In this document: positions 28,123 to 38,179 of the stretch, piece after piece
How the letters are laid out: each line of letters starts with the position of its first letter
Position numbering within the stretch: the first letter of the stretch is position 1
NCBI GenBank assembly: GCA_046331265.1
Contig: JAXLRE010000003.1
Coordinates: 10,538-74,537 of the forward strand
DNA from: Acidimicrobiia bacterium
Lineage (GTDB): Bacteria > Actinomycetota > Acidimicrobiia > IMCC26256 > JAGPDB01
Reading direction: 5' to 3'
DNA length: 64,000 nt
Notes under the pieces: model-generated
Databases searched by the model: none
What the model saw: only the letters and a program-made list of their open reading frames with translations
What the model was told of the DNA's origin: nothing
Translations under genes and position numbers: made by a program

Positions 28123-28974
28123 CTAGGCAATGCTGTTTATAAAGTTTGTAATACTTTTTGCCGCGTTATAGGGCTGTTCAAAAAGGGTAAAGTGCCCTAC
28201 GTTGGGCATCATTTCAATTTTTGCTTTTTTCATTTGATGAGCAATTTTTTGAGCTAATGCAAGGGTGACGGTGTTTGAGTGTTCACCGTATACGATCAAT
28301 GATGAAACATCTATATTTGAAAGTGCTTCCCAAACTCCATTTGCTGTACCTGATAAATATATTGCTTCTTCATCTTCTTTATTGCATTTTAATGTAATTG
28401 AGTTATCGAGAAGTTCAAAACCATTTGAGACGTATAGACCTAAAGCACTTTTTGACAAATGGCTTAAAGCGCCTTTGTCTTTGTATTTGAAAAAAGCTTC
28501 ATCATATGAACCAAAGCTATCTCTTCTTCTCCGGGCAGACAAGGCTAAAGATTCCCTATGTGCTAAATCTGTTCCTGGTGGAAACAAAATCGGCTCTGAC
28601 AAATACAAGCCAGAATATAGATCTTTATTTATTGAAGCATTTAATATATGAGCACTTGCCCCAGAAGAAATTCCTAAGCCAATAAAATTATTGTGTTTTG
28701 TGAAATCTTTTAGAAAATCAAAAACACTATCTAAATCTTTCTGAAATCCATTCCATGAAGTTAAGCTTCCTCGATCGCTTTCACCATGAGAACGAGCATC
28801 GAGTGCGAAAACATTGGCATTTCTTAAATGGGCAGTTACCGAAGCATAAGCTAATCCACAAAAGCCAGTTGGGTGACACATAAGTACAACAGGTTTATTT
28901 GCGCTTGCTTTAGGAGTTAGATGATGGACTTTGAGTCTTACGTTAGATTGAACGTCATAAGAAGGGATAATCAC
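28123..28974 (-). CDS. alpha/beta hydrolase
   Basis: 283 aa. Nucleophile elbow GISSG and a C-terminal HF motif. Confidence 0.7.
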   Translation of the reverse strand: MIIPSYDVQSNVRLKVHHLTPKASANKPVVLMCHPTGFCGLAYASVTAHLRNANVFALDARSHGESDRGSLTSWNGFQKDLDSVFDFLKDFTKHNNFIGLGISSGASAHILNASINKDLYSGLYLSEPILFPPGTDLAHRESLALSARRRRDSFGSYDEAFFKYKDKGALSHLSKSALGLYVSNGFELLDNSITLKCNKEDEEAIYLSGTANGVWEALSNIDVSSLIVYGEHSNTVTLALAQKIAHQMKKAKIEMMPNVGHFTLFEQPYNAAKSITNFINSIA

Positions 28975-28992
28975 ACAAGATATTGTATTGGA

Positions 28993-31305
28993 TTACTTTC
29001 CTAAAAATTCAAGCAACTTAGAAAAGCTCAATGGATGAGAGTAAAAATAGCCCTGTGCTAGATCACATCCGAGTTCTCTTAGTAAGTTCACTGTTTGTTT
29101 AGACTCTACTCCTTCTGCCAGAGCTTGAAGTCTTAAACCGTGTGCTAGTCCTATTACTGCAGACACTATTTCAGTAGATGCTTTTGTTCTGCCTAATTCT
29201 GAAATAAATGTTTGATCTATTTTTACTATATCTACTGGAAAGCTCTGCAAATAGGCAAGAGATGAGTATCCGGTACCAAAATCGTCGAGAGCAAGGGACA
29301 TCCCCATAGCTTTTAATTTGTTTAGTGTTTCACATGCAGAGTCAGAGTTTTCCATAACGGCAGTTTCTGTTATTTCAATACCAAACATATAAGGAGGGAC
29401 ATCAGATTTTGATACATGTTTTGAAAGAAGTTTTGGTGTCGTGTTAATCATGAATTGCTTTGCACTTAAATTTGTCCAGAGTGTGAAGTCGTACCCATTA
29501 GAAAATAAATTTTGTGCATCTATAACAACTTGAGAAAAAACTCTTTCGAATAACGGATCAATTAATCCACTTTCTTCTGCTAGTGCTATGAAATTATCTG
29601 GAGTTAACAAACCTAGTTTTGGGTGATTCCACCGTACAAGTGCTTCAGCCCCGATTATTCTTCCAGAAATTAATTCGATCTCAGGTTGGTAGAAAACACA
29701 AAGTTCATCAGAACGTATTGCATGATGTAATTCACGTTCATATTTAAGTTTTTTATATGCTTCGCTAGACCTTGAAACACTTGCAAAAGAATACCTAGAT
29801 ACATTTGAGTCCCTAGCTTGTGTCATGGCTGCATGTGCATCGTGTAAGACCATGTCTGCATCTTGCTCAACAGAAAGATCAGAAAATGCAATACCGACTG
29901 ATGGTACGAGATTTATTTCTTGTGAATCAATTTCAAATGGGGTCCTAAAAGTGTCAACAATATTTAAAGCAAAATCACGTGCTTGTTCTGCAGTGTGTAT
30001 ATGTTCAATCAGTATCGCGAATTCACTTGAACCAACTCGTGCAATTAAATCAGTAGAAGGTACAAGTGAATCTAGACGTTTTGCCACCTTGCTTATTATT
30101 CGATCTGCTGCGTCATATCCTAATGATTCAACTATAAATGCATATCGGCCAACTTCTAGTGCGAGAACGCAGGTAGACACATTGTTTTTTGAATTGTGAT
30201 TCAATGTTGTATTGAGTCTGTCGTGAAAGAGTATGCGATTAGCTAAACCAGTACTTTGGTCATGGAGCATCTCATGCTCAAGTTGTTCTTCTGCTTGTTT
30301 TCTATCAGAAATATCAACAAACATAATTATTGCTGTTTCTTTATCAGGCATTATCGACATGGTTGCTAAATACCATCTGTGAAATCCTGCCCGAGTCAAT
30401 AAAAGGTCAAGTCTTGAATGTGTTGTGCCAGTTTCAAATAAATCTTTGATACTCTGTCTCAACTCGCGCACATAAGAATTTGATTGCATGGGGTTGTCGA
30501 ATAATTTGAATATATTTGTTGAGTTTTCATCGATTGTTCTTGAGTGAAATACTTCTACAATTGACCGAAATGCTGCATTGACATGAATAATTGTTCCATC
30601 TTTTTTACACATCATTGTGGGGGAGGACAGCGCATTTAACATGTTTGCAGCCAGTGCTTCTTGAGATTTTAATTTTGTTGAAATTGCTTCTCGCGTGAGT
30701 AGAGCAGATATATGATGTCCAATTGTCTCAGCCCATGCAATTGTTTCTTTATCTATAACAATGTGATGAGAAGTTGCTATAGATAAAACGCCGTTTGTTT
30801 TTCCATCAACAAAAAGGGGCACTCCAATGTAGTGGTATACGTGAAATGGTTTTGAGAAACTTGGACAGATCAAATAATCATGTTCGTGAGCGTCGCTTAA
30901 AATTAATGTTGAACTTCTTCTAATAACTTCACCAGCGAGTGTGCTTGCTAAAGATATTTTTATCAATGTTGGATCTTGCACTACACCATGAGCTAAAGAC
31001 GTTGCGCTAAAACTGACGATGTCTCCATCGTATGTTTCAATACCCGCAAATGTAATAGGAAATGAAGAAGTAATTACTGATGCAATGTCATTTAATATTG
31101 GAGAAACTAATGTTTCGTCGATAACATCGTGGCTAATTTTGTGAATTAGTGATAGAGCATCGCTTCGCCATTTTTTATTAGCAAGTACGGGTGCAGACGT
31201 GTCTTCATTTTCTGCGCGTGAAATATCGTCTACTTTGTATAGATACGGATTTACTTGCGTGTTAATTAAAGGTTGATCATCAGTGTCTTCGCCGAATGCT
31301 CCCAT
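28993..31305 (-). CDS. GAF-PAS-GGDEF(degenerate)-EAL c-di-GMP signalling protein
   Basis: 770 aa. The GGDEF site reads GSSEF (RVGSSEFAIL). The EAL domain looks intact (EALVRW, DDFGTGYSSL, EGVE, QGY). Confidence 0.85.
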   Translation of the reverse strand: MGAFGEDTDDQPLINTQVNPYLYKVDDISRAENEDTSAPVLANKKWRSDALSLIHKISHDVIDETLVSPILNDIASVITSSFPITFAGIETYDGDIVSFSATSLAHGVVQDPTLIKISLASTLAGEVIRRSSTLILSDAHEHDYLICPSFSKPFHVYHYIGVPLFVDGKTNGVLSIATSHHIVIDKETIAWAETIGHHISALLTREAISTKLKSQEALAANMLNALSSPTMMCKKDGTIIHVNAAFRSIVEVFHSRTIDENSTNIFKLFDNPMQSNSYVRELRQSIKDLFETGTTHSRLDLLLTRAGFHRWYLATMSIMPDKETAIIMFVDISDRKQAEEQLEHEMLHDQSTGLANRILFHDRLNTTLNHNSKNNVSTCVLALEVGRYAFIVESLGYDAADRIISKVAKRLDSLVPSTDLIARVGSSEFAILIEHIHTAEQARDFALNIVDTFRTPFEIDSQEINLVPSVGIAFSDLSVEQDADMVLHDAHAAMTQARDSNVSRYSFASVSRSSEAYKKLKYERELHHAIRSDELCVFYQPEIELISGRIIGAEALVRWNHPKLGLLTPDNFIALAEESGLIDPLFERVFSQVVIDAQNLFSNGYDFTLWTNLSAKQFMINTTPKLLSKHVSKSDVPPYMFGIEITETAVMENSDSACETLNKLKAMGMSLALDDFGTGYSSLAYLQSFPVDIVKIDQTFISELGRTKASTEIVSAVIGLAHGLRLQALAEGVESKQTVNLLRELGCDLAQGYFYSHPLSFSKLLEFLGK

Positions 31306-31433
31306 GTGTTCTCCCCATCACCTGAGATAAGTGTCTCATAAGTAACATGCGAATGGAAGGGCTTAACGCGAAATTTTATGCGACAAAAAAGACATTATTG
31401 TCTAATCTTGCACATATTTTTTGTAAATTTTCT

Positions 31434-32096
31434 TTATTTATTATCTAAAACCCAAGTCTCTAATGCAGGACTTGATTCAACGCTAGTAATCAATGAAAAG
31501 CGAGGTTTATCTGTAGGGTTCATAACGACATGGTACATACGTTCTGAATCAACCATGTATCGCATGCCTTTATGAAGAGGTAGTTGAATTTCTGTAGAAG
31601 GATCATCTTTGACTGTTCTAAGAATCATTGCTGCACCAGGAGTCTCAGTAAGTTCCAGCCATGTTCTAACAACCCAACCAGAACCAGCAGGGTTAATACG
31701 GTTATTGTCATCTAAATGTATTTGAGTTAAAGCTTGTTCGTAGTTTTGAGGATTCAATTTTATTGTGCGTACACGACCGTAGTTAGCGCCAATAGATTCA
31801 ACATATTTCTTTAGCGTTGGACAAGTTTGCGCATTCTTTGTCCAAATGCCATCCTTATCTGGTTTTGAATGTTCCCAAAAACCTGCACATTCCATTTCAC
31901 CAAGAGCAGAAGCAATAGGGGCAAAGTTAGTGTCCCCACCTGATTTCCAATCCATATATTCCATGTTGACGAATTCTTCTTCTGGTACATCAAAATCTGC
32001 ATCAGATAAAAGGACATAACCATTTTCACGTAGTGCGTCTAAATGGTAATAATCTTTTGGATCTACTTTGCTTGGAGCTGTATCTGCATAAGTCAT
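31434..32096 (-). CDS. hypothetical protein, possible Fe(II)/2-oxoglutarate oxygenase fold
   Basis: 220 aa. HLD (HxD) ... MYHVV, then R-F-S exactly 10 to 12 residues after the distal His. This is the HxD...H-X10-RxS pattern. Confidence 0.4.
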   Translation of the reverse strand: MTYADTAPSKVDPKDYYHLDALRENGYVLLSDADFDVPEEEFVNMEYMDWKSGGDTNFAPIASALGEMECAGFWEHSKPDKDGIWTKNAQTCPTLKKYVESIGANYGRVRTIKLNPQNYEQALTQIHLDDNNRINPAGSGWVVRTWLELTETPGAAMILRTVKDDPSTEIQLPLHKGMRYMVDSERMYHVVMNPTDKPRFSLITSVESSPALETWVLDNK

Positions 32097-32166
32097 AAGA
32101 GTATTCTACTCCTGTTGTGATTATTCTCGTAAGCTAGATGTGAATTAATAATTAAGGAGGCCTAAA

Positions 32167-32946
32167 TTGCCTGCAAACATTGCAGTATTAGTAAAGCAGA
32201 TACCTGATCCAAGTCAAGTCGGTTCGCTAGATGAAAATTTCAGATTTGTTCGTGAAGGCAAAATTGTAATAGATGATGCAGATTTGTATGGGGTAGAGGT
32301 TGCTCTTCAATTAAAGGAAAAACTTAGTGATGCGCAAGTGATTGCTGTATCAATGGCTCCAGACGAACAAAGTTCTGGACTCAGAACTGCTTTGCAAATG
32401 GGTGCAGATAAAGCCGTTGTAATTTCTGATCCAGATTTAGCCAATGCCCACTCTTTAGCAACAGCGAAAGTGCTAAATGCAGCAATAGAAAAAATTGGCG
32501 AATGCCAACTTATTATTTCTGGAACTGAAAGTAGTGATGGATATGCAGGAACATTGCCGGCACAAATTGCTGCATTAAGGAACATTAGTGCATTAACATT
32601 TGCAACATCAGTCGATCTTGATGGAACGACAATAACAACTAAACGTCAGAGCAACGATTCGTTAGATACTCTAAAAGCTCAACTGCCATGCGTTGTTAGC
32701 GTGACTGCCGGGGTTGTGGAACCACGTTATCCAAATTTTAAAGATATTATGGCTGCTAAATCAAAACCGGTAGATACATATACTCTTGCAGATCTTGAAT
32801 TGAGTAAAGATGATCTCGAAGTTGATTCTCAACAAGTAGTTTCATTAGAAGATGCACCTGGAAGAAGCTCTGGGGAAAAGATTGAAGATATAAGTATTGC
32901 TGCTGACAAGATTATTGAATTTTTAGAAAATGCGGGAGCACTTTAA
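32167..32946 (+). CDS. etfB: electron transfer flavoprotein beta subunit
   Basis: 259 aa. TTG start 7 nt after AGGAGG. Has VLVKQIPD and an ETF beta-like profile. Confidence 0.9.
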   Translation: MPANIAVLVKQIPDPSQVGSLDENFRFVREGKIVIDDADLYGVEVALQLKEKLSDAQVIAVSMAPDEQSSGLRTALQMGADKAVVISDPDLANAHSLATAKVLNAAIEKIGECQLIISGTESSDGYAGTLPAQIAALRNISALTFATSVDLDGTTITTKRQSNDSLDTLKAQLPCVVSVTAGVVEPRYPNFKDIMAAKSKPVDTYTLADLELSKDDLEVDSQQVVSLEDAPGRSSGEKIEDISIAADKIIEFLENAGAL

Positions 32947-33954
32947 ATGGAAAAAGATACGACAAAAGTCATAGTTGTTGGAGAACTGTCTCATGGTGAA
33001 CTTGCAAGTCACACATTTGAACTGGCTATTTTAGCTAATAAATTAGGTAGTCATACCAGCATGTATATATCTGCATCTGATAAATCACAACTTAATGTCG
33101 AAGGAATAAGACAATCATTAGGGGACAACTCGGTTAATTGTTTATATCTAACAAATTGTGGTCAAGGTCTATCTGGCAATGCACTTTCGAAGCAGATATC
33201 TACAGATGTAACAAAAATAATTGAAGGAAACCAACAAGTGATTGTGTTAGCTCCTCAAACATATTTAGGTCGAGATGTTATTTCGCATTTAAGTGTTTAT
33301 TTAGATACTCCTGTTTTATCTAACTGTGTTGATGCTCAAATAATAGATGGACTTATTGAAACAAAGCACATGATATTTGGTGGTACGAAAATTGTTAAAG
33401 CAAAATCAAATAAATCTGAGATTGCAATTCTCGGTATTCGCCCAAAATCTATTGCAATCGAACCAGTAAACACGGTTGAATGTGAACTCATTGAAGTTGA
33501 CGCAAGCTCATTGCTCTCAGAGGCAGAAAAAACTGAGATAGTTGAAAGAGAAATAATCCAAAATGTTGGTCCTGAGTTAGAAGATGCAGCTGTTGTTGTT
33601 TCAGGAGGACGAGGGCTGGGTTCAAAAGAGAATTATGAGAACTTAATTGGTTCTTTGGCTAATGAGCTTGGCGCTGCTACTGGAGCGTCCCGTGCAATTG
33701 TTGATGCTGGTTGGGTACCTTACTCTAAGCAAGTAGGTCAAACGGGAAAAACAGTAAAACCAAACATATATTTTGCTTGTGGTATCTCTGGTGCTACTCA
33801 ACATTTGGTTGGCATGAAAGGTTCAAAAAATATTATTGCAATCAATACCGATGATCAGGCACCTATTTTTTCAGTAGCAGATCTAGGAATTGTTGGAGAT
33901 GTTAATGTTGTTGTCCCTGAGTTGATTGAAAAAATAAAAGCTAAGAAAAATTAA
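32947..33954 (+). CDS. etfA: electron transfer flavoprotein alpha subunit
   Basis: 335 aa. The C-terminal FAD motif is YFACGISGATQHLVGM. Confidence 0.9.
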   Translation: MEKDTTKVIVVGELSHGELASHTFELAILANKLGSHTSMYISASDKSQLNVEGIRQSLGDNSVNCLYLTNCGQGLSGNALSKQISTDVTKIIEGNQQVIVLAPQTYLGRDVISHLSVYLDTPVLSNCVDAQIIDGLIETKHMIFGGTKIVKAKSNKSEIAILGIRPKSIAIEPVNTVECELIEVDASSLLSEAEKTEIVEREIIQNVGPELEDAAVVVSGGRGLGSKENYENLIGSLANELGAATGASRAIVDAGWVPYSKQVGQTGKTVKPNIYFACGISGATQHLVGMKGSKNIIAINTDDQAPIFSVADLGIVGDVNVVVPELIEKIKAKKN

Positions 33955-35696
33955 CCTTGGGGGTTAATTGACCCTGAACGAAATTGAGAAACATTACTAG
34001 GTGTTTTATTGAATGTTTGTTTTGCGATTTGCCCGGTTATATTGCCAAGATCGACTTCTTCATTTTCTATAAAATTTTCTGCATCAACAATTGAAACGAC
34101 TTCAATAACTGTTGACAAAATTCTCCAGGGTTGGCCGTTAGAGGCGACTTCAATTGATTCTTGGGTTGCTTGAGAATGTGAACTAAGAGACAAGGCTGTT
34201 GTTGTTTGTATGGAGAATTCACCGATTAGTGGCTTACCTGAAATGAACACAGATGCACCGCCATGTGTAGCAGCACTTATCTGGCCATTTACAACTTTTA
34301 CTGCTGCAATTGTAGTTTCAATGTCTCTTGCTCGAGCATGATCCCGTATTAAGTCGACATATTGCTCAATAGATTCAGTTCCTGATGAAAGAACGTCAGC
34401 AATTGTTGAAACTAAAACAGAATTTATTATGGCTTGATTTCGACTTGTTGCTGTTGCAGAACCTACTGCATAAATGTATGAAGACGAATTTAATTGTCTT
34501 ACAACATGCCATGTTCCAGCATCTTGTCTTGAGTGGATAATATTTACATCACTAGTTGTCGGAATTAATGTTTCGAAAAGTTTCTTTTCAAAATCTTCAA
34601 GACTTTCCTCGGCATCAAGTCGAGCAGACTCTTCCATAGCGATTCGTGTTTTCCATGCAGCTTCGACTTCTTGCTCGTCACGATATTGTTTTGCAATAGC
34701 AACCCATTGTGTTGTTGTTTTATCATGCAGCGGACGACCAGTTAGCTCTAGGCGTAAATCTTGCTCAAGTGTGTGAATATTTACAATGGTCTTGAATTTA
34801 TTATGTTTATCTAACTCAGAAAATAACTCTTTGACTCGTTCTTTGTCATCTTGTCTGAAAGTTTCTAGCCATGAATTTATAGTTCCATTAAACGTCTCAT
34901 TATTGATACCACACCACGTTGCCAGTCGATCTGAAATATATGCATCTCCAGTAGCTGAATCAAAAAAGCACATACCCATATCTCCAGCTTTTAGCGCCAG
35001 AGATAATGCTGTTTCGGAACCAGATGCATCTGTAGCATTTTCTTGAGTATCGAAACGCAAATTCAACAAAGAAATAAACATTTCTATTGTCGATAAAGCA
35101 TTTGGAGTTAAACCATGATGTGAATCAGGAATTAATACAAGTTCGTAGTTGGTTCCATCAAGTGAAGATATATTTTTTTCGATTGTAGGGAAGCGGTTGA
35201 AAACTTCATTATTATCTGTTGAGCTTGCAATTATTTCGCACTGTGTTGTGCTCATGTTCCTGATGCATGCGTATTTCGCTATTTCTAAACTGACAAGGCT
35301 CTTACAGACATGTACGAATGGATCATCATTTGTGTTTGAAAGTGTCGTTACTGCATTTACGATTAAATTTTCATTTGTTGAAGTTACATTTTTTAATAAT
35401 ATGACTTTAAATATTTCATCGTTAGAGACAATCTCTTTTGATGCTGCTAAAAGTTGAAGGTTATGAGAATTTGTTACGAAATTTATTTGTTTTGGAACAG
35501 ATGTAATAATTTCATTATTGGGTGTATATCTTGAAATATTGCCACCTTCTAAATATTCTTTTGGAATACCTAAAATCTTCGAAGCTGCAATATTTGCCAC
35601 AATAATGTTGTCGTTTGAATCTAAAACCAAAATGGATGTAGGCAAAGCATGAAGAATAGCCCTAGTTATTGAGCTTAGATTTTTATCTTCCACCAA
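33951..35696 (-). CDS. PAS-domain sensor protein with C-terminal SpoIIE/PP2C-like region (possibly degenerate)
   Basis: 581 aa. N-terminal PAS (ILHALPTSILVLDSNDNIIVAN). A second PAS-like region lies around MGMCFFDSATGDAY. The C-terminal third only loosely resembles SpoIIE. Confidence 0.45.
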   Translation of the reverse strand: MVEDKNLSSITRAILHALPTSILVLDSNDNIIVANIAASKILGIPKEYLEGGNISRYTPNNEIITSVPKQINFVTNSHNLQLLAASKEIVSNDEIFKVILLKNVTSTNENLIVNAVTTLSNTNDDPFVHVCKSLVSLEIAKYACIRNMSTTQCEIIASSTDNNEVFNRFPTIEKNISSLDGTNYELVLIPDSHHGLTPNALSTIEMFISLLNLRFDTQENATDASGSETALSLALKAGDMGMCFFDSATGDAYISDRLATWCGINNETFNGTINSWLETFRQDDKERVKELFSELDKHNKFKTIVNIHTLEQDLRLELTGRPLHDKTTTQWVAIAKQYRDEQEVEAAWKTRIAMEESARLDAEESLEDFEKKLFETLIPTTSDVNIIHSRQDAGTWHVVRQLNSSSYIYAVGSATATSRNQAIINSVLVSTIADVLSSGTESIEQYVDLIRDHARARDIETTIAAVKVVNGQISAATHGGASVFISGKPLIGEFSIQTTTALSLSSHSQATQESIEVASNGQPWRILSTVIEVVSIVDAENFIENEEVDLGNITGQIAKQTFNKTPSNVSQFRSGSINPQG

Positions 35697-35759
35697 AATC
35701 CTCCATCCTTGGGGCTAGTGACATTCTACTCGTAGTAACTATGCACTCGAAAATTAGTT

Positions 35760-35777
35760 ACTTATTGGTCAATAAGT
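35760..35777. promoter_or_regulatory. candidate operator palindrome upstream of bioY
   Basis: ACTTATTG-GT-CAATAAGT has 8-bp perfect arms. It lies 62 nt upstream of the bioY ATG. Confidence 0.3.
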
Positions 35778-35838
35778 GCAAACTATTATTTGCCTTCACG
35801 TCGAGATATAAGTCAATTAGGCAATAAATTATTTGACC

Positions 35839-36465
35839 ATGACAACAGCAACACTTACAAGACCAAAAACAATTCATGAAATAATACCGAAGACAATTTG
35901 GAGAGATGGCGTCCTTGTTATAGGTTTCGCATTATTTACTGCACTTATGTCGCAAATAAGCATTCCTCTATCGTTTACTCCTGTGCCAATAACAGGACAA
36001 ACTTTGGCCGTATTGCTATCTGGGGCAGTCTTAGGGCCATACCTTGGAGCCAGCTCTCAAACTCTTTATGTTTTTCTAGGAGCAATCGGCTTACCATTTT
36101 ATGCTGAAGGCACGTCTGGTTGGAGTGTACTTAAGGCACCATCGGGCGGGTATTTAATAGGATTTATTTTTGCTTCAGCATTAGTCGGCTATCTATCAAA
36201 TAAGAAAAACGATCGTAATGTATTAAGTGCAATAGCAGCATTTGTTGCTGGCTCAATCGTTATTTATACTTTTGGTCTTATTTGGCTGGCACATGTACTG
36301 AAAATTCCCATGACAGCAGCCGTCGGCAAACCAAGCGCTATTGCATACGGGTTAGCCCCATTTGTTATAGGTGATGTCATAAAAGCAACTATGGCAGGTG
36401 TACTTTTGCCCACAAGCTGGAAGATAGTACAAAAATTTGATTCAAAAATGAAAGATGAAAATTAA
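35839..36465 (+). CDS. bioY: biotin transporter BioY
   Basis: Polytopic. Motifs PVPITGQTLAVLL and GGYLIGF. I prefer the ATG at 35839 over the TTG at 35833. Confidence 0.85.
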   Translation: MTTATLTRPKTIHEIIPKTIWRDGVLVIGFALFTALMSQISIPLSFTPVPITGQTLAVLLSGAVLGPYLGASSQTLYVFLGAIGLPFYAEGTSGWSVLKAPSGGYLIGFIFASALVGYLSNKKNDRNVLSAIAAFVAGSIVIYTFGLIWLAHVLKIPMTAAVGKPSAIAYGLAPFVIGDVIKATMAGVLLPTSWKIVQKFDSKMKDEN

Positions 36466-37628
36466 GGCCTAGGATCTCCAAGAATATTTAATACTTGATT
36501 TTCTAATTCATCTCTCGAGGTCACATCACTAGCAACAATAGTGATGTGACCAACTTTTCTAAATGGTCGAACTTCTTTTGAATACCAATGAAGATATACA
36601 TTATCTAAATTACTTAATTTTTCTCTCTGCTCTAGTGTCACTTCTCTACCAACAATGTTTATCAATGCGCTATAGCCAAGAGGAGTGGTCTCGCCTAACT
36701 TCATATCAGTTATTGCACGTAAATGTTGTTCAAATTGACTTGTAGTTGAGCCCTCAATTGTCCAATGACCAGAGTTGTGAACTCTTGGAGCAATTTCATT
36801 CACGATGAGTTTATTGTTTTTAACAAAACATTCGATAGCTATAGTTCCAACATAATTATTTTCTGAACATATTTTTTTAGCTATGTCGTACGCTTGGTTT
36901 TCTAATATATCTACATTTTCAACAATGGTCATAGGAGAATACGATCTAGCGAGAATAGAATCTTTATGAATATTATGAGACAACGGCCAAGATTTAAAAT
37001 CTCCGCTAATGCTTCGAGATGCAATAATTGAGCATTCAAAATCAAAGTCAACTAAACCTTCAACAATGCACCCAGGGTTTAATAATTTTGAATGTATATC
37101 ATTAAATTTTTCTTCGATATCAATATCAGTTTTAATTACCCATTGACCTTTACCGTCATATCCTCCATGACGAGTTTTAATGACGATGCCGTTGCTTGAT
37201 AATTTCTTATTTGCTATTAAATCTGTTAAGTACGTTTTTAAATTTTCTATAGAAATATCTTGATCAATCAATTCAAAAGGAGCAGTAGGAATCTTTAAGT
37301 TGAACAAATGCGACTTTTCAAAAAAGCGATCACCAGCTGTTTTAACAAACTCAGCATTTGGATAAACGGGAACATTGTATTTTTCAACTAATTTTGCAAT
37401 TTCGTAACCTTCATGCTCTGACTCAAAAGTAAAAGCACAAACACCATCTAAAAATTTCTTTAATTCTTTTTCGTAAGATAAATCTTGTATGAATCCTATG
37501 CAATCTGAAAAAGCACAGGAAGTCTCATCCCCAGCACAATTAATTTGAACGCCGATTTTTTTTCCGGCTTGACCCATCATCTGGGCTAGTTGTCCACCGC
37601 CAACAACAGAAACTTTTTTTATTTCCAT
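36462..37628 (-). CDS. purK: N5-carboxyaminoimidazole ribonucleotide synthase
   Basis: 388 aa. N-terminal VVGGGQLAQMM and an ATP-grasp domain. Confidence 0.9.
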   Translation of the reverse strand: MEIKKVSVVGGGQLAQMMGQAGKKIGVQINCAGDETSCAFSDCIGFIQDLSYEKELKKFLDGVCAFTFESEHEGYEIAKLVEKYNVPVYPNAEFVKTAGDRFFEKSHLFNLKIPTAPFELIDQDISIENLKTYLTDLIANKKLSSNGIVIKTRHGGYDGKGQWVIKTDIDIEEKFNDIHSKLLNPGCIVEGLVDFDFECSIIASRSISGDFKSWPLSHNIHKDSILARSYSPMTIVENVDILENQAYDIAKKICSENNYVGTIAIECFVKNNKLIVNEIAPRVHNSGHWTIEGSTTSQFEQHLRAITDMKLGETTPLGYSALINIVGREVTLEQREKLSNLDNVYLHWYSKEVRPFRKVGHITIVASDVTSRDELENQVLNILGDPRP

Positions 37629-38179
37629 TATTTTTTACTAGTTGAGATTTCGAGTACTTGAGGTGCGGAATATCCACCAAGCATGGCAGATATAAGTAGC
37701 CTCCAAGAAGTTCTTGCGGATTCATAGTCTTTAACTGATTTTTTATATTTATCCATATTTATAGAACCAGGTTCTGTGTTATCTAGATTTCTAATAGCAT
37801 CAGATAGCTCTTTTGAATTTACAAGCTTGTTAGAAAGCTTTGCATTTGCTCGGAGTCGGCCAATGACAATTTCTAAATTTTGTGCAGCGTTAAGTTGATT
37901 TTTTACATTTTTCTTTTTTATTGCTGAGTTAAATTCTTTCAGGTATTTTTTTCCTTCTGAAGTAACATCTCTTTTGCCGCCAACATTTTCAGCGATAGTT
38001 AATGCTTCATTCAATTTGCTGTATCTATTTTTTAATTCTGGAACTAAAACAGAAAAATTCTTATTTATTCTTGACTCTTTACCTGAAAGCTGAGAGCATC
38101 CACTGATGACAAAAACGAAAACTACTATCAATATGATAGGTAGAATTAGCCATATGCGACGCAGGCCAAGAAATTTCAT
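37628..38179 (-). CDS. lipoprotein (helical, unknown function)
   Basis: 183 aa. Signal peptide with a lipobox (FVISGC). Confidence 0.55.
   Translation of the reverse strand: MKFLGLRRIWLILPIILIVVFVFVISGCSQLSGKESRINKNFSVLVPELKNRYSKLNEALTIAENVGGKRDVTSEGKKYLKEFNSAIKKKNVKNQLNAAQNLEIVIGRLRANAKLSNKLVNSKELSDAIRNLDNTEPGSINMDKYKKSVKDYESARTSWRLLISAMLGGYSAPQVLEISTSKK

Noticed and set aside
36462-37628. purK without an adjacent purE
   Set aside because: purE may lie elsewhere in the genome. Absence from a 64-kb window is not evidence of anything unusual.
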